Positions 1 to 8,835 of a stretch of DNA of 64,000 bases are shown piece by piece. The notes beneath the pieces were generated by a model. It was not told where the DNA came from, searched no databases, and saw only the letters and a list, made by a program, of their open reading frames with translations. The stretch lies in the NCBI GenBank assembly GCA_965202785.1, contig OZ241855.1, positions 64,001 to 128,000 on the forward strand, read 5' to 3'. The stretch's first letter is position 1. Every line of letters starts with the position of its first letter. Origin of the DNA: Thermodesulfobacteriota bacterium. GTDB taxonomy: Bacteria > Desulfobacterota_D > UBA1144 > Nemesobacterales > Nemesobacteraceae. A program made the translations under genes and the position numbers.

Positions 1-64
1 TCAGGATCCTCTGCAACCTTTCATCCTTCTTCCAACTGACTTTGGGTTTTCTACTGTCGCTCAT
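1..64 (-). CDS. 5' end of an unidentified gene, truncated by the window edge (MSDSRKPKVSWKKDERLQRIL...)
   Basis: ATG at 64-62 on the minus strand, directly preceded by GGAGGT (plus acctcc 65-70); frame open to the edge; follows oppD in the same orientation. Confidence 0.5.
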   Translation of the reverse strand, partial: MSDSRKPKVSWKKDERLQRIL

Positions 65-89
65 ACCTCCATGCTCCTGGCTTTTGAGA

Positions 90-1097
90 TTAAGTATTCC
101 TGTATCCCGACCCGTTTTTCAAAAACATCTCGTAGCGGAAACAGGCCGAACTGTGAGAATCAGAAACATTGTACAGATCTGGCTGCGCCTCAAAGCATTT
201 CCCTTCCGCGTATTCGCAGCGGTTGTTGAACCTGCACCCCTCGGGGAACTCGCCCGGAGAGGGGGTCGTACCCTTAATCGAGTGAAGCTCCTCGCCTGAC
301 GACTGACCGGGAATCGAGTTTATAAGCCCTATCGTGTAGGGATGAGCGGGGGCGGAGAAAAGCTGCTCGACGCTTCCCCACTCAACCACCTTCCCCGCGT
401 AAAGGACATAGACGTCATCAGCGACGTTCGAGATAACCCCCAGGTCATGGGATATAAGCATGACCGCCATCCCCAGCCTGTCCCGAAGGCTTTTTATCAG
501 GGACAGAATTCCCGCCTGAATGGTCACGTCAAGGGCGGTCGTGGGCTCATCGGCTATCAGCAGCTCGGGGCTGCAGGCAAGGGCCATCGCGATCATTACC
601 CTCTGGCACATCCCCCCGCTCATTTCGTGCGGGTAGCTCGAGTATCTCTCGGCGGGAGAGGGAATGCCGACTGTGTCGAGCAGATCAATCACCCTTTTCT
701 TCTCCTCTTTCCTCGAGACTTTCTCGTGAACCCGTATGACCTCGCCTATCTGGTCTCCCACGGTGTAAACGGGATTAAGGGAACTCATCGGTTCCTGGAA
801 TATCATGGAGATCCTGTTCCCGCGGTAATGCCTGAGTTCCCGCTCGGTGAGCGAAAGGAGGTTTTCTCCCTTGTATATAACCTCCCCCGAGTTCACCCTG
901 GCGGGCGGCGCGGGTAAAAGCCCCATCACGGAAAGAGCGGTTAGGGTTTTCCCGCAACCGCTTTCTCCCACGACCCCGACTATCCTACCCTCTCCTATGT
1001 TGAGGCTCACGTCTCCGAGGACCTCAAGCTCCCCGCCTTCTGAGGGAAAGGACACGTTAAGGTTTTTTATCTCAAGCAGGTCTGAATTTGCCATCAC
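90..1097 (-). CDS. oppD: Oligopeptide/dipeptide ABC transporter ATP-binding subunit (OppD/DppD)
   Basis: Walker [29 protein letters not shown] signature, [16 protein letters not shown]-terminal Cys-rich oligo_HPY region. Confidence 0.93.
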   Translation of the reverse strand: MMANSDLLEIKNLNVSFPSEGGELEVLGDVSLNIGEGRIVGVVGESGCGKTLTALSVMGLLPAPPARVNSGEVIYKGENLLSLTERELRHYRGNRISMIFQEPMSSLNPVYTVGDQIGEVIRVHEKVSRKEEKKRVIDLLDTVGIPSPAERYSSYPHEMSGGMCQRVMIAMALACSPELLIADEPTTALDVTIQAGILSLIKSLRDRLGMAVMLISHDLGVISNVADDVYVLYAGKVVEWGSVEQLFSAPAHPYTIGLINSIPGQSSGEELHSIKGTTPSPGEFPEGCRFNNRCEYAEGKCFEAQPDLYNVSDSHSSACFRYEMFLKNGSGYRNT

Positions 1098-1103
1098 GTA
1101 ATA

Positions 1104-2102
1104 TTATCTTTCCTTTAGCTTGGGGTCTATCGCGTTTCTGAATCCTTCCCCCACCAGATTAAGTGCCGTAACCGTAACGAAAATCGCAAGCCCGGGGAAA
1201 AGAACAAGCCACCAAGCGAAATCCACGTACTTCTGGGACTGCGAGATTATCTCTCCCCAGCTGGGTTCAGGAGGCGTCACCCCGAACCCGAGAAAGCTGA
1301 GACTCGATTCAACCAGTATGGCTCCCGCCACTCCGAAGGTGGCGCTCACCAAAACGGGCGCAAGAGCGTTTGGAAGCATGTGTTTTAGTATAATCCTGCG
1401 GTCGCCGCTTCCAAGAGCCCACGCAGCCTCGACGTAGTTCGTCTGGCGAAGCTTAAGGAACTCCCCGCGAACGAGCCTCGCCACGCCCGTCCATCCCGTT
1501 ATGCCTATCACTATCATGATGTTGTAAATGCTGGGCTCGGTAAAGGCGAGGATGGTGAGGATCAGAAAGAAAACGGGGAAAGTGATCATCACCTCTATCA
1601 GCCTTGAGATCGCAAAATCGATCCATCCGCCGTAATAACCCGCAATCGCCCCCAGTATTATCCCTATCACCATGGCTATCCCGACAGCGACCACCCCTAT
1701 TGAGAGCGATATCCTCGCCCCGTGAATCATCCTGCTGAGAACATCCCTCCCCCTGTCGTCGGTGCCGAGAAAATGATTCCCGTCGGGAGCCGCGAGAACG
1801 GAGAAGAAATCGCTTTCCGTGGGGCTGTACTTTACGGGAGGGAAAATCGCGAACGAATCCGCGTCGTCAAGATACATGGCCCGAAGGTCCTCTCCGCGAA
1901 GCTCGGGATAGTCGATAACCACGGGAAAGTAGTACTTGCCCTCCTCAATGAGGACTATGGGCCTGTTGCCCGCTAGGAAACTCTCGAAAATCGCCGTCAC
2001 CGCGAGGAGAACTATGAAAAAGAACGAGGCGTACGCAAGGGAATCCTTTTTGAACTCGATCCATACCCTGTCCCAGTATCCGATGCCTGAACCCTGCTTC
2101 AT
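1104..2102 (-). CDS. oppC: Oligopeptide ABC transporter permease (OppC/DppC)
   Basis: HFLGTDDRGRD, EAA loop YVEAAWALG, HMLPNA, multiple TM segments. Confidence 0.92.
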   Translation of the reverse strand: MKQGSGIGYWDRVWIEFKKDSLAYASFFFIVLLAVTAIFESFLAGNRPIVLIEEGKYYFPVVIDYPELRGEDLRAMYLDDADSFAIFPPVKYSPTESDFFSVLAAPDGNHFLGTDDRGRDVLSRMIHGARISLSIGVVAVGIAMVIGIILGAIAGYYGGWIDFAISRLIEVMITFPVFFLILTILAFTEPSIYNIMIVIGITGWTGVARLVRGEFLKLRQTNYVEAAWALGSGDRRIILKHMLPNALAPVLVSATFGVAGAILVESSLSFLGFGVTPPEPSWGEIISQSQKYVDFAWWLVLFPGLAIFVTVTALNLVGEGFRNAIDPKLKER

Positions 2103-3100
2103 GATTTCCTCTCAAAGCCTATCCTTGGGTCAACCACGGCGTAGGTCAAATCCGATATCAGAATGCCGATCAGGGTAAGGAAAGCTGATATGGTGGCGAC
2201 GGCCATTATGACGGGGTAGTCCCTTGAAAGCACCGACTCAAAGCCCAGCCTTCCTATCCCGGGGATCGAGAATATGGTCTCTATGATAACGCTTCCCCCT
2301 ATCATTGCGGGAAGAATCGAGGCGATTATCGTCACTATGGGAATGAGCGAGTTCCTGAGGGCGTGCTTGAAAAGCACTCTGTTCGGAGCAAGTCCCTTGG
2401 CTCTCGCAGTCCTTATGTAGTCCTCCCGGAGCACTTCAAGGAGGCTTCCCTTCTGGTAGCGAGAAAGCGACGCAAGGGAGGCGTAGGTAAGACAGAACAC
2501 GGGGAGAACAAGGTGCCACAAAAAATCGAGAGTTCTCTCGAAAAACGGAAGGTCCTCGTATCCCCTCGAGTGCACGCCGTATATGGGGAAGATATCAAGA
2601 GCCCCACCTCCGCCGAAGAAATAGATAAGCACCACGGCCATCCAGAAGCTCGGAATCGAGTAGAGAAGAAAAAGAACGAAAGTCGTGGCCCGTTCCGCGA
2701 AACTCCACTGCCGCACGGCTGACCAAGCCCCGATCGGTATGGCTATCAGGTAAACGAGGAGAATCGAAAGCGCGTTAAGTATGAGGGTGATCGGGAGTCT
2801 TTCCGCGATCTTGTCTATCACGGGGCGGTGGTCCTTGTAGGAATTTCCGAAATCAAGCGTCGCGATCTGGCGGAGCCAGATGAAATACCTCTCGTGAACG
2901 GGCTTATCAAGACCGTAGAGCTTTTTGGTCTGCTCGACTATCTCCTTGGTCACCTGGTCGCTCTTTATTCCCTGATCAAGCGACATCCTGCTCTCAACGG
3001 GGCTCCCCGGAGCAAGCTGTATCACGAGGAAAGTGATAAGGGTGATCCCGAACAGCGTGGGAATCATCAGCAGAAGTCTTTTCAGGATGTAGTCTTTCAT
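2099..3100 (-). CDS. oppB: Oligopeptide ABC transporter permease (OppB/DppB)
   Basis: YILKRLL start, DFGNS, DYIRTARAKGL, KHALRN, ETIFSIPGIG, RDYPV; 4-bp overlap with oppC. Confidence 0.93.
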   Translation of the reverse strand: MKDYILKRLLLMIPTLFGITLITFLVIQLAPGSPVESRMSLDQGIKSDQVTKEIVEQTKKLYGLDKPVHERYFIWLRQIATLDFGNSYKDHRPVIDKIAERLPITLILNALSILLVYLIAIPIGAWSAVRQWSFAERATTFVLFLLYSIPSFWMAVVLIYFFGGGGALDIFPIYGVHSRGYEDLPFFERTLDFLWHLVLPVFCLTYASLASLSRYQKGSLLEVLREDYIRTARAKGLAPNRVLFKHALRNSLIPIVTIIASILPAMIGGSVIIETIFSIPGIGRLGFESVLSRDYPVIMAVATISAFLTLIGILISDLTYAVVDPRIGFERKS

Positions 3101-3125
3101 TGCATCCGTTTAACCTCAGGGGGAA

Positions 3126-3131
3126 ATTATA
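3126..3131 (-). promoter_or_regulatory. Putative -10 box for oppBCD
   Basis: Perfect TATAAT on the minus strand about 25 nt upstream of the oppB ATG, with a GAGG SD at 3114-3117; no clear -35. Confidence 0.4.
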
Positions 3132-3181
3132 CACATAACAGTCCTCATTATGTGCACATGGTCCGGCACGATTAACCTAAA

Positions 3182-4636
3182 TCAACCAGTTCGGACTAGG
3201 CTCTCCGTCCCGAATTTCGAGATGACTTCCAATGTCTCGCGTACGTCGTTCCAGGTCGTCGAGTAGTTGATGACGCACATCCTGAGCGCAAACGCCCCGT
3301 GAAGAAGCGTCGATGATACGAACGCGCGGTCTTCCCAGAAGATACGGGCGAGCACGGTCCTGTTGATTTCTTCAAGCACGTCCTCGCCAAGGTCGGTGTT
3401 TGCGGGGTTGACGCGGAAGCATGCGATCCCCAATGTCGCAGGAGTCAACATCTCCAGAACGGGACTCTCCTCGACGTACTCCTCGATCCGGTGCGTAAGC
3501 GCCATCCCATTCGATACGGCTCGCCGGAACGCGGCCATCCCGAAGGTCTGAACCGACATCCAGATCTTGAGCGCCCGGACTGAGCGGCTTAGCTGCAGAC
3601 CCCTGTCCGAAAAATTCGGATGGTTGGCGCCCCAGATCGTGTCCTGGAGAATATCGCACTTGCCGGCGAACGCCCGCTCGAGCGTACGTACATCCTTCAC
3701 CATCAGGCCCCCCACCTCATAGGGCTGGAAGAACCACTTGTGTGCGTCAAGCACAATTGAATCGGCGCGCTCGATTCCACTCAAGATCTTCTTGCCTTCC
3801 TCGGTCACGATGGCAAAGCCTCCATGCGCGGCGTCGACGTGAAGCCATATGCCCTGAGCCTCGCAGTAGTCCGCCATGGCTTCCAGCGGGTCGATGGCTC
3901 CGCTGCTTGACGTTCCGGCGTTCGCACACACCGCGATGGGACTGAGTCCGGCGGCCCGGTCCTCGGCCACGATCTCGACAAGCGCATCCATGTCCATACG
4001 GAAACGCCCGTCGGTCGGGATCATACGGATGCATTCTGGACGAATACCTATAACCCTGGCCGCTTTTATGAGCGCACTGTGGCTCTGGTCGCTCATGTAC
4101 ACGCTGGCACGTTCCGGGTTGTTTGCGGCCTCCCGCGCCGCGACAAGAGCATCAAGGTTCGCCGCCGAGCCCCCGCTCGTCAACAGTCCGCCCGCACTCT
4201 CCGGATAGCCAATCCAGCGCCGAAACCAGTCGATCACGACAAGCTCCAGCTGGCTCGGACCGCTCGAAGTCAGCCAAGAGCACTGGTTGATGTTAAATCC
4301 GGCAATCATGAAGTCAGCCAGCACTCCGGGCCAGGTGGGCTGCGAAGGGATAAATCCAAAACAACGCGGGTGGTCCAAGCGCAGTGCGATCGGGAAGATC
4401 TCGCGTGCGGCCTCCTCGATCACTTGCGAGGCCGAACGGCTCTCCTCGGGCGGAGGCTTCAGCAGTCGATCCTCAAGTTCTCTTCGGAACTCTCCCTCCC
4501 AGGCACCTTCTCCGGGCAAGTTCTCTATGCGCTGCACCACCAACTCTGCCGTCTGGCGTGCAAGTTCGAGCATCTGTTCCGGTGACATGCTGAGATCACC
4601 ATCAACCCCGCCATTACCGCCTTTTGCTTTGCTCAT
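3182..4636 (-). CDS. Group II PLP-dependent (aromatic-L-amino-acid-type) decarboxylase or possible aldehyde synthase
   Basis: HPRCFGFI, TSGGSAAN, SDQSHSA, AGTSSSGAIDPL, WLHVDAAHGG, PLP lysine DAHKW, LSRSVRALKIW. Confidence 0.88.
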   Translation of the reverse strand: MSKAKGGNGGVDGDLSMSPEQMLELARQTAELVVQRIENLPGEGAWEGEFRRELEDRLLKPPPEESRSASQVIEEAAREIFPIALRLDHPRCFGFIPSQPTWPGVLADFMIAGFNINQCSWLTSSGPSQLELVVIDWFRRWIGYPESAGGLLTSGGSAANLDALVAAREAANNPERASVYMSDQSHSALIKAARVIGIRPECIRMIPTDGRFRMDMDALVEIVAEDRAAGLSPIAVCANAGTSSSGAIDPLEAMADYCEAQGIWLHVDAAHGGFAIVTEEGKKILSGIERADSIVLDAHKWFFQPYEVGGLMVKDVRTLERAFAGKCDILQDTIWGANHPNFSDRGLQLSRSVRALKIWMSVQTFGMAAFRRAVSNGMALTHRIEEYVEESPVLEMLTPATLGIACFRVNPANTDLGEDVLEEINRTVLARIFWEDRAFVSSTLLHGAFALRMCVINYSTTWNDVRETLEVISKFGTESLVRTG

Positions 4637-4863
4637 CTCTTTTAAGTTAACAGATTACCGTGTTAATTAAACATCGCAGGCCATGAAAGCTCCATAGAAC
4701 CCAACGGTGATCTTATTCTCCCGCTTAACTGTTTGTCAAGTAAAGATTAAGTTGTTTCAAGACAATACGGAACAGTTGGTGCTAACAAGCCAGGCGAGTT
4801 TTGCAACTGCCGGATCTATGGCACCTTCCCGTAGCACAGTAAACAGTACGGGACAAATGCCGC

Positions 4864-4921
4864 TTGACATTCGATCTAAACATTATCAATATTTAGGAAT
4901 ATCGCAGTATCAGATATTGCG
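4864..4921 (+). promoter_or_regulatory. Putative ALDH promoter with two imperfect palindromes (candidate operators)
   Basis: TTGACA 4864-4869; CTAAACATT-atc-AATATTTAG 4876-4896; CGCAGTATC-a-GATATTGCG 4903-4921. Confidence 0.4.
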
Positions 4922-4966
4922 GTCGATATGCCGGCATTTATCACGGTAATTTACAGGAAAAACCAA

Positions 4967-6400
4967 ATGAATCCAACAACGAAACCATTCCACCTTATCA
5001 TAAACGGCAGGAAGGTCCCTACCGGACGATGCTTTGAAGTGCTGAATCCCGCCAACGAAAAAGTGGCCGGACTTGCATCGCTGGCAAGGAAAAAAGATCT
5101 GGATGACGCCGTGCGAGCCGCCCAAGTGGCATTCAGAAAATGGCGCGAAGTGCCTGAATCCCAAAGACAGGCAGCATGTATGGAAATCGCCTCCAAAATC
5201 GAGGAAAACGCCGAGGAACTCGCCCGAATCCTGACCGCCGAGCAGGGCAAGCCCCTAAACGGCCTGGGCTCACGCTGGGAAATCGGCGGCGCGGTAGCCT
5301 GGACCCGCTATACAGCCGGCCTTTCACTGCCAGTGAAGGTCCTCCAGGACAACGATGAGGGCAGGGTCGAGCTTCACCGCAAGCCGATCGGCGTCGTGGG
5401 CTCGATTACTCCCTGGAATTTTCCGGTTCTGATCGCGGTCTGGCATATCGTTCCCGCCGTTCTCTCTGGCAACACGGTGGTAAGCAAGCCGTCTCCCTTT
5501 ACCCCCCTGTCGACGCTGCGCCTTGTCGAACTCATGAACGAGGTGCTGCCGGAAGGCGTGGTCAACTGTATCGCCGGCAAAGACAGACTGGGCGCCGCAA
5601 TGACGGCGCATGAAGGGATCGGCAAAATCGTTTTCACCGGCTCCTGCGCGACCGGCCAGAAGATCATGGTAAACTCGGCGGAAACCATGAAGCGGCTGAC
5701 TCTTGAACTTGGGGGAAACGACGCCGGAATCGTTCTTCCGGACGTCGACCCGAAGCAGATCGCCGAAGGGCTTTTCTGGGGCGCGTTCATCAATAGCGGC
5801 CAGACCTGCGCGGCGCTAAAAAGGCTCTACGTTCATGATGACGTGTACGACGAGGTCTGCGATGAACTGGTTGAACTCGCCCGAAAGATGAAAGTTGGAG
5901 AGGGTACGAACGAGGATGTCGTTTTGGGTCCGATCCAGAACCGCAAGCAATACGATATCGTGGCCGACCTGGTTCGAAGCGCGGAGTCCAAGGGACGCGT
6001 GCTCTTGGGCGGAGACCCCGGAGAGATACGGGAAGAAATGGGCGGGAAGGGATATTTTTATCCGCTCACGATCATAGCTGACCTGGAAAACGGAGACCCT
6101 CTGGTCGACCGGGAGCAGTTCGGCCCCGTTCTGCCGATTATCCGCTATCACCAGATCGAGGAAGCAATCGAGAAGGCAAACGACAATCCGAACGGTCTCG
6201 GGGGTTCGGTCTGGAGCCGGGACATAGAAAAGGCAAGAGAGATCGCGAACCGGATGGAATGCGGTTCGGTCTGGATAAACAAGCACGGAATGATCCAGCC
6301 CAACGCCCCGTTCGGCGGGGTAAAACGCTCCGGCTTCGGAGTCGAATTCGCAGAGGAAGGTCTGGTGGAATATACGGATATTCAGGTTGTCTTTTCCTAA
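4967..6400 (+). CDS. NAD(P)+-dependent aldehyde dehydrogenase
   Basis: ITPWNFP, KPSPFTP, FTGS, catalytic Glu in LELGGN, catalytic Cys in NSGQTC, EQFGPV, PFGGVKRSG; start placed at ATG 4967 (AGGA SD), ORF opens at 4928. Confidence 0.93.
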   Translation: MNPTTKPFHLIINGRKVPTGRCFEVLNPANEKVAGLASLARKKDLDDAVRAAQVAFRKWREVPESQRQAACMEIASKIEENAEELARILTAEQGKPLNGLGSRWEIGGAVAWTRYTAGLSLPVKVLQDNDEGRVELHRKPIGVVGSITPWNFPVLIAVWHIVPAVLSGNTVVSKPSPFTPLSTLRLVELMNEVLPEGVVNCIAGKDRLGAAMTAHEGIGKIVFTGSCATGQKIMVNSAETMKRLTLELGGNDAGIVLPDVDPKQIAEGLFWGAFINSGQTCAALKRLYVHDDVYDEVCDELVELARKMKVGEGTNEDVVLGPIQNRKQYDIVADLVRSAESKGRVLLGGDPGEIREEMGGKGYFYPLTIIADLENGDPLVDREQFGPVLPIIRYHQIEEAIEKANDNPNGLGGSVWSRDIEKAREIANRMECGSVWINKHGMIQPNAPFGGVKRSGFGVEFAEEGLVEYTDIQVVFS

Positions 6401-6419
6401 GCCGTCCAGGCGTCAGCTT

Positions 6420-6484
6420 CCCTCAATCCTAGTATTTGCGCAAGCCCTCCGGAACAAACCACTCCCTAGTATCAAATCCAAGCG
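6420..6484. repeat. Left copy of the 65-bp island-bounding direct repeat (duplicate of the oppA 3' end; att-like)
   Basis: 60/65 identical to 12674-12738; encodes LGFDTREWFVPEGLRKY* on the minus strand. Confidence 0.92.
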
Positions 6485-6614
6485 TAAAAGGCGTGTCGGA
6501 TTCTTGGAAGAAATCCAGAAGGAAAAGACATTTTCTTTCTCTGTCCAGTACATCGTGTTCGTGTGAGTCCTCAGCACTTATTTCGATTTGTTTAACCTTG
6601 GAAAATACCGACAT
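6429..6614 (-). other. 61-aa chimeric ORF: island-derived N-terminus fused in frame to the duplicated OppA C-terminal 17 aa
   Basis: Last 17 residues identical to OppA; TATAAT (6628-6623) lies 8 nt before the ATG; expression unknown. Confidence 0.35.
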
Positions 6615-6673
6615 GGAGGTGTATTATATTTTTTTACAAGATTTTATGTCTGAATAGAATCAAAAAGATTTAC

Positions 6674-6703
6674 TTGACATAATCACTTTCCCATTTTTAG
6701 CAT
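6674..6703 (+). promoter_or_regulatory. Sigma70-type promoter for the gajA-gajB pair
   Basis: TTGACA-N18-TAGCAT; strong SD GGAAGGAGGAG at 6770-6780 before GTG 6787. Confidence 0.6.
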
Positions 6704-6786
6704 TGTGAGATCTCCGCTTTGTTGAACTCACTACCCCAGATGGTGAAGGCGAGATATCGCAGACGAATTGGAAGGAGGAGCATACT

Positions 6787-8835
6787 GTGAAATTACATCG
6801 GGTACAGATTAGGAATTTCCGGTTGCTTCAAGATGTTGAGCTTAACCTCGAGGATCAGACGACTTTAGTTGTTGGTCGAAATAACACTGGTAAAACTTCT
6901 ATGCCAGAAGTTATTCGCCGTTTCTTAAGTAAAAACCAGTCTGCATTCCGCATTCAGGATTTTTCTATTGGTTGCTACGACGCTTTTTGCGAGGCACTCC
7001 AAGCTTTACGTGAAGGTAAAAAGGAACAAGAAGTACGAGAACTGTTGCCGTACATTGAGCTACGTATGTTCTTTGAATATGACAATCTCCCAAATACACA
7101 ATTCGGTCCGCTGGGTGAGTTTGTTGTAGATCTTGATATGAACTGCAAAGAAGCATTGGTCGTGATGCGGTTTGAGTTATCCGGTGGGGATATCGAACTA
7201 CTGTTCGAAGGTCAAAATGTAGCAAATCCAGAGGATAATGACGCACGTACAGCTTTTTTTCGCGTGATTGGTGAACGCATTCCAAGACTATATAAAATCA
7301 ATGTCTGGGCGGAAGATCCAAACGATATGGACAACCGCAAGCTTAGTTCTCAGGAAGCTGTAAGGTCTCTGCAAAAAACGGACTTTATAGATGCACATCG
7401 AGGCCTTAACGACATTACGACTAAAGAAAGCAATGTGCTGGCCAGAATTCTCGAAGTGCTTTTTAGCACGGCTACCTTGGAATCGGCCGACCAAAAAGAA
7501 CAGGAGATTGTCAAACAGATTGAAGAAGCAGTTGCAAGCATTCAGGAGAATATTGACGGCGAATTTAAAACGCAGTTAGAAACCCTTATACCCTCATTGG
7601 AAACATTAGGATACCCCGGTTTGGGAGACCCGGAACTCACTACAGAAACTGCTCTGGATGCAGAAAGGCTTCTCAAGGAACATACAAAAGTTCGCTACAA
7701 AGGATATAACGGCATTATGCTGCCAGAGTCTTATAATGGCTTGGGAATGAGAAATCTAATATTCATTCTTCTTAAAATTCTGAGCTTTCACAGAGAGTTT
7801 CGTGCAGAGACTGAGTCACATGGAGTACACTTGATTTTTATTGAAGAACCCGAAGCACACATGCATCCGCAGATGCAGGAAGTTTTCATCTCTCAGCTTG
7901 GCAAAATCGTTGATGATCTAAATAAAAGACACCCTGGAGAACCACCGTGGCCAGTTCAGTTTGTTGTATCAACTCATTCTTCCCATATTGCGAACGAAGC
8001 AAGTTTTGAGACAATCCGTTACTTTCTCCGTTCCTCGGTCAACAATGAAAAACCCGTTTGGAAAACAGAAATCAAAGATCTAAGCAAAGGTTTAACTGAT
8101 ATTTCTGAAGCAGATAAAGATTTTCTTCACCAATACTTGACCTTGACAAGATGTGATTTGTTTTTTGCAGACAAAGCGATCCTAGTCGAAGGTACAAGCG
8201 AGCACTTGCTAATTCCAGAGATGATTCGAAAACTTGATGAGAATTATACAGACGGGTCCGGACTCCTCAGTCAGTATGTGGCAGTTATGGAAGTTGGGGG
8301 TGCTTATGCTCACAAGTTTTTTGATCTTTTGAATTTTCTGGAACTCAAGAGCTTGATCATTACCGATCTCGACCCGGTTAAAGAAGATGGGGGCAAAAAG
8401 TGCGTCGTTCATGATTCTAAAGGAACAAGTAACCTCTGTATTAAGCAGTTTTTTGGTGGAGACTCATGTGTGCCCGATGATCTGATCAAAAAACCTGAAT
8501 GTGCACTTGTAAAAGGACTTATCCGGATTGCGTATCAATTCCCAGAAGTTGAAGGAGGTCCATGTGGAAGCACCCTTGAAGACATGTTTATCCTTGCGAA
8601 TACAGAAAAATTCGATGTAACCGGCGATACACCCAAAGAACAGGAACAAGATGCACTTAACAAGGCAGAAAAATTCAAGAAGACCAGATTTGCCCTACAA
8701 TATGCGATTGATGATTTACAATGGAAGACGCCTAGATATATCACCGAAGGGTTGAAGTGGCTTGCAGGTGGGTTTTGTAGCGATACAGAAAACTCCGGCG
8801 ATAAGGATACTAGCACACGGGGCAAAGGTTCATGA
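6787..8835 (+). CDS. gajA: OLD-family ABC-ATPase/TOPRIM nuclease (Gabija GajA-like)
   Basis: Walker A GRNNTGKT, signature NGLGMRNLI, Walker B/D-loop IFIEEPEAHMHPQMQ, H-loop STHSSH, TOPRIM LVEGTSE and ITDLD, TLED; coupled to a UvrD helicase. Confidence 0.82.
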   Translation: MKLHRVQIRNFRLLQDVELNLEDQTTLVVGRNNTGKTSMPEVIRRFLSKNQSAFRIQDFSIGCYDAFCEALQALREGKKEQEVRELLPYIELRMFFEYDNLPNTQFGPLGEFVVDLDMNCKEALVVMRFELSGGDIELLFEGQNVANPEDNDARTAFFRVIGERIPRLYKINVWAEDPNDMDNRKLSSQEAVRSLQKTDFIDAHRGLNDITTKESNVLARILEVLFSTATLESADQKEQEIVKQIEEAVASIQENIDGEFKTQLETLIPSLETLGYPGLGDPELTTETALDAERLLKEHTKVRYKGYNGIMLPESYNGLGMRNLIFILLKILSFHREFRAETESHGVHLIFIEEPEAHMHPQMQEVFISQLGKIVDDLNKRHPGEPPWPVQFVVSTHSSHIANEASFETIRYFLRSSVNNEKPVWKTEIKDLSKGLTDISEADKDFLHQYLTLTRCDLFFADKAILVEGTSEHLLIPEMIRKLDENYTDGSGLLSQYVAVMEVGGAYAHKFFDLLNFLELKSLIITDLDPVKEDGGKKCVVHDSKGTSNLCIKQFFGGDSCVPDDLIKKPECALVKGLIRIAYQFPEVEGGPCGSTLEDMFILANTEKFDVTGDTPKEQEQDALNKAEKFKKTRFALQYAIDDLQWKTPRYITEGLKWLAGGFCSDTENSGDKDTSTRGKGS

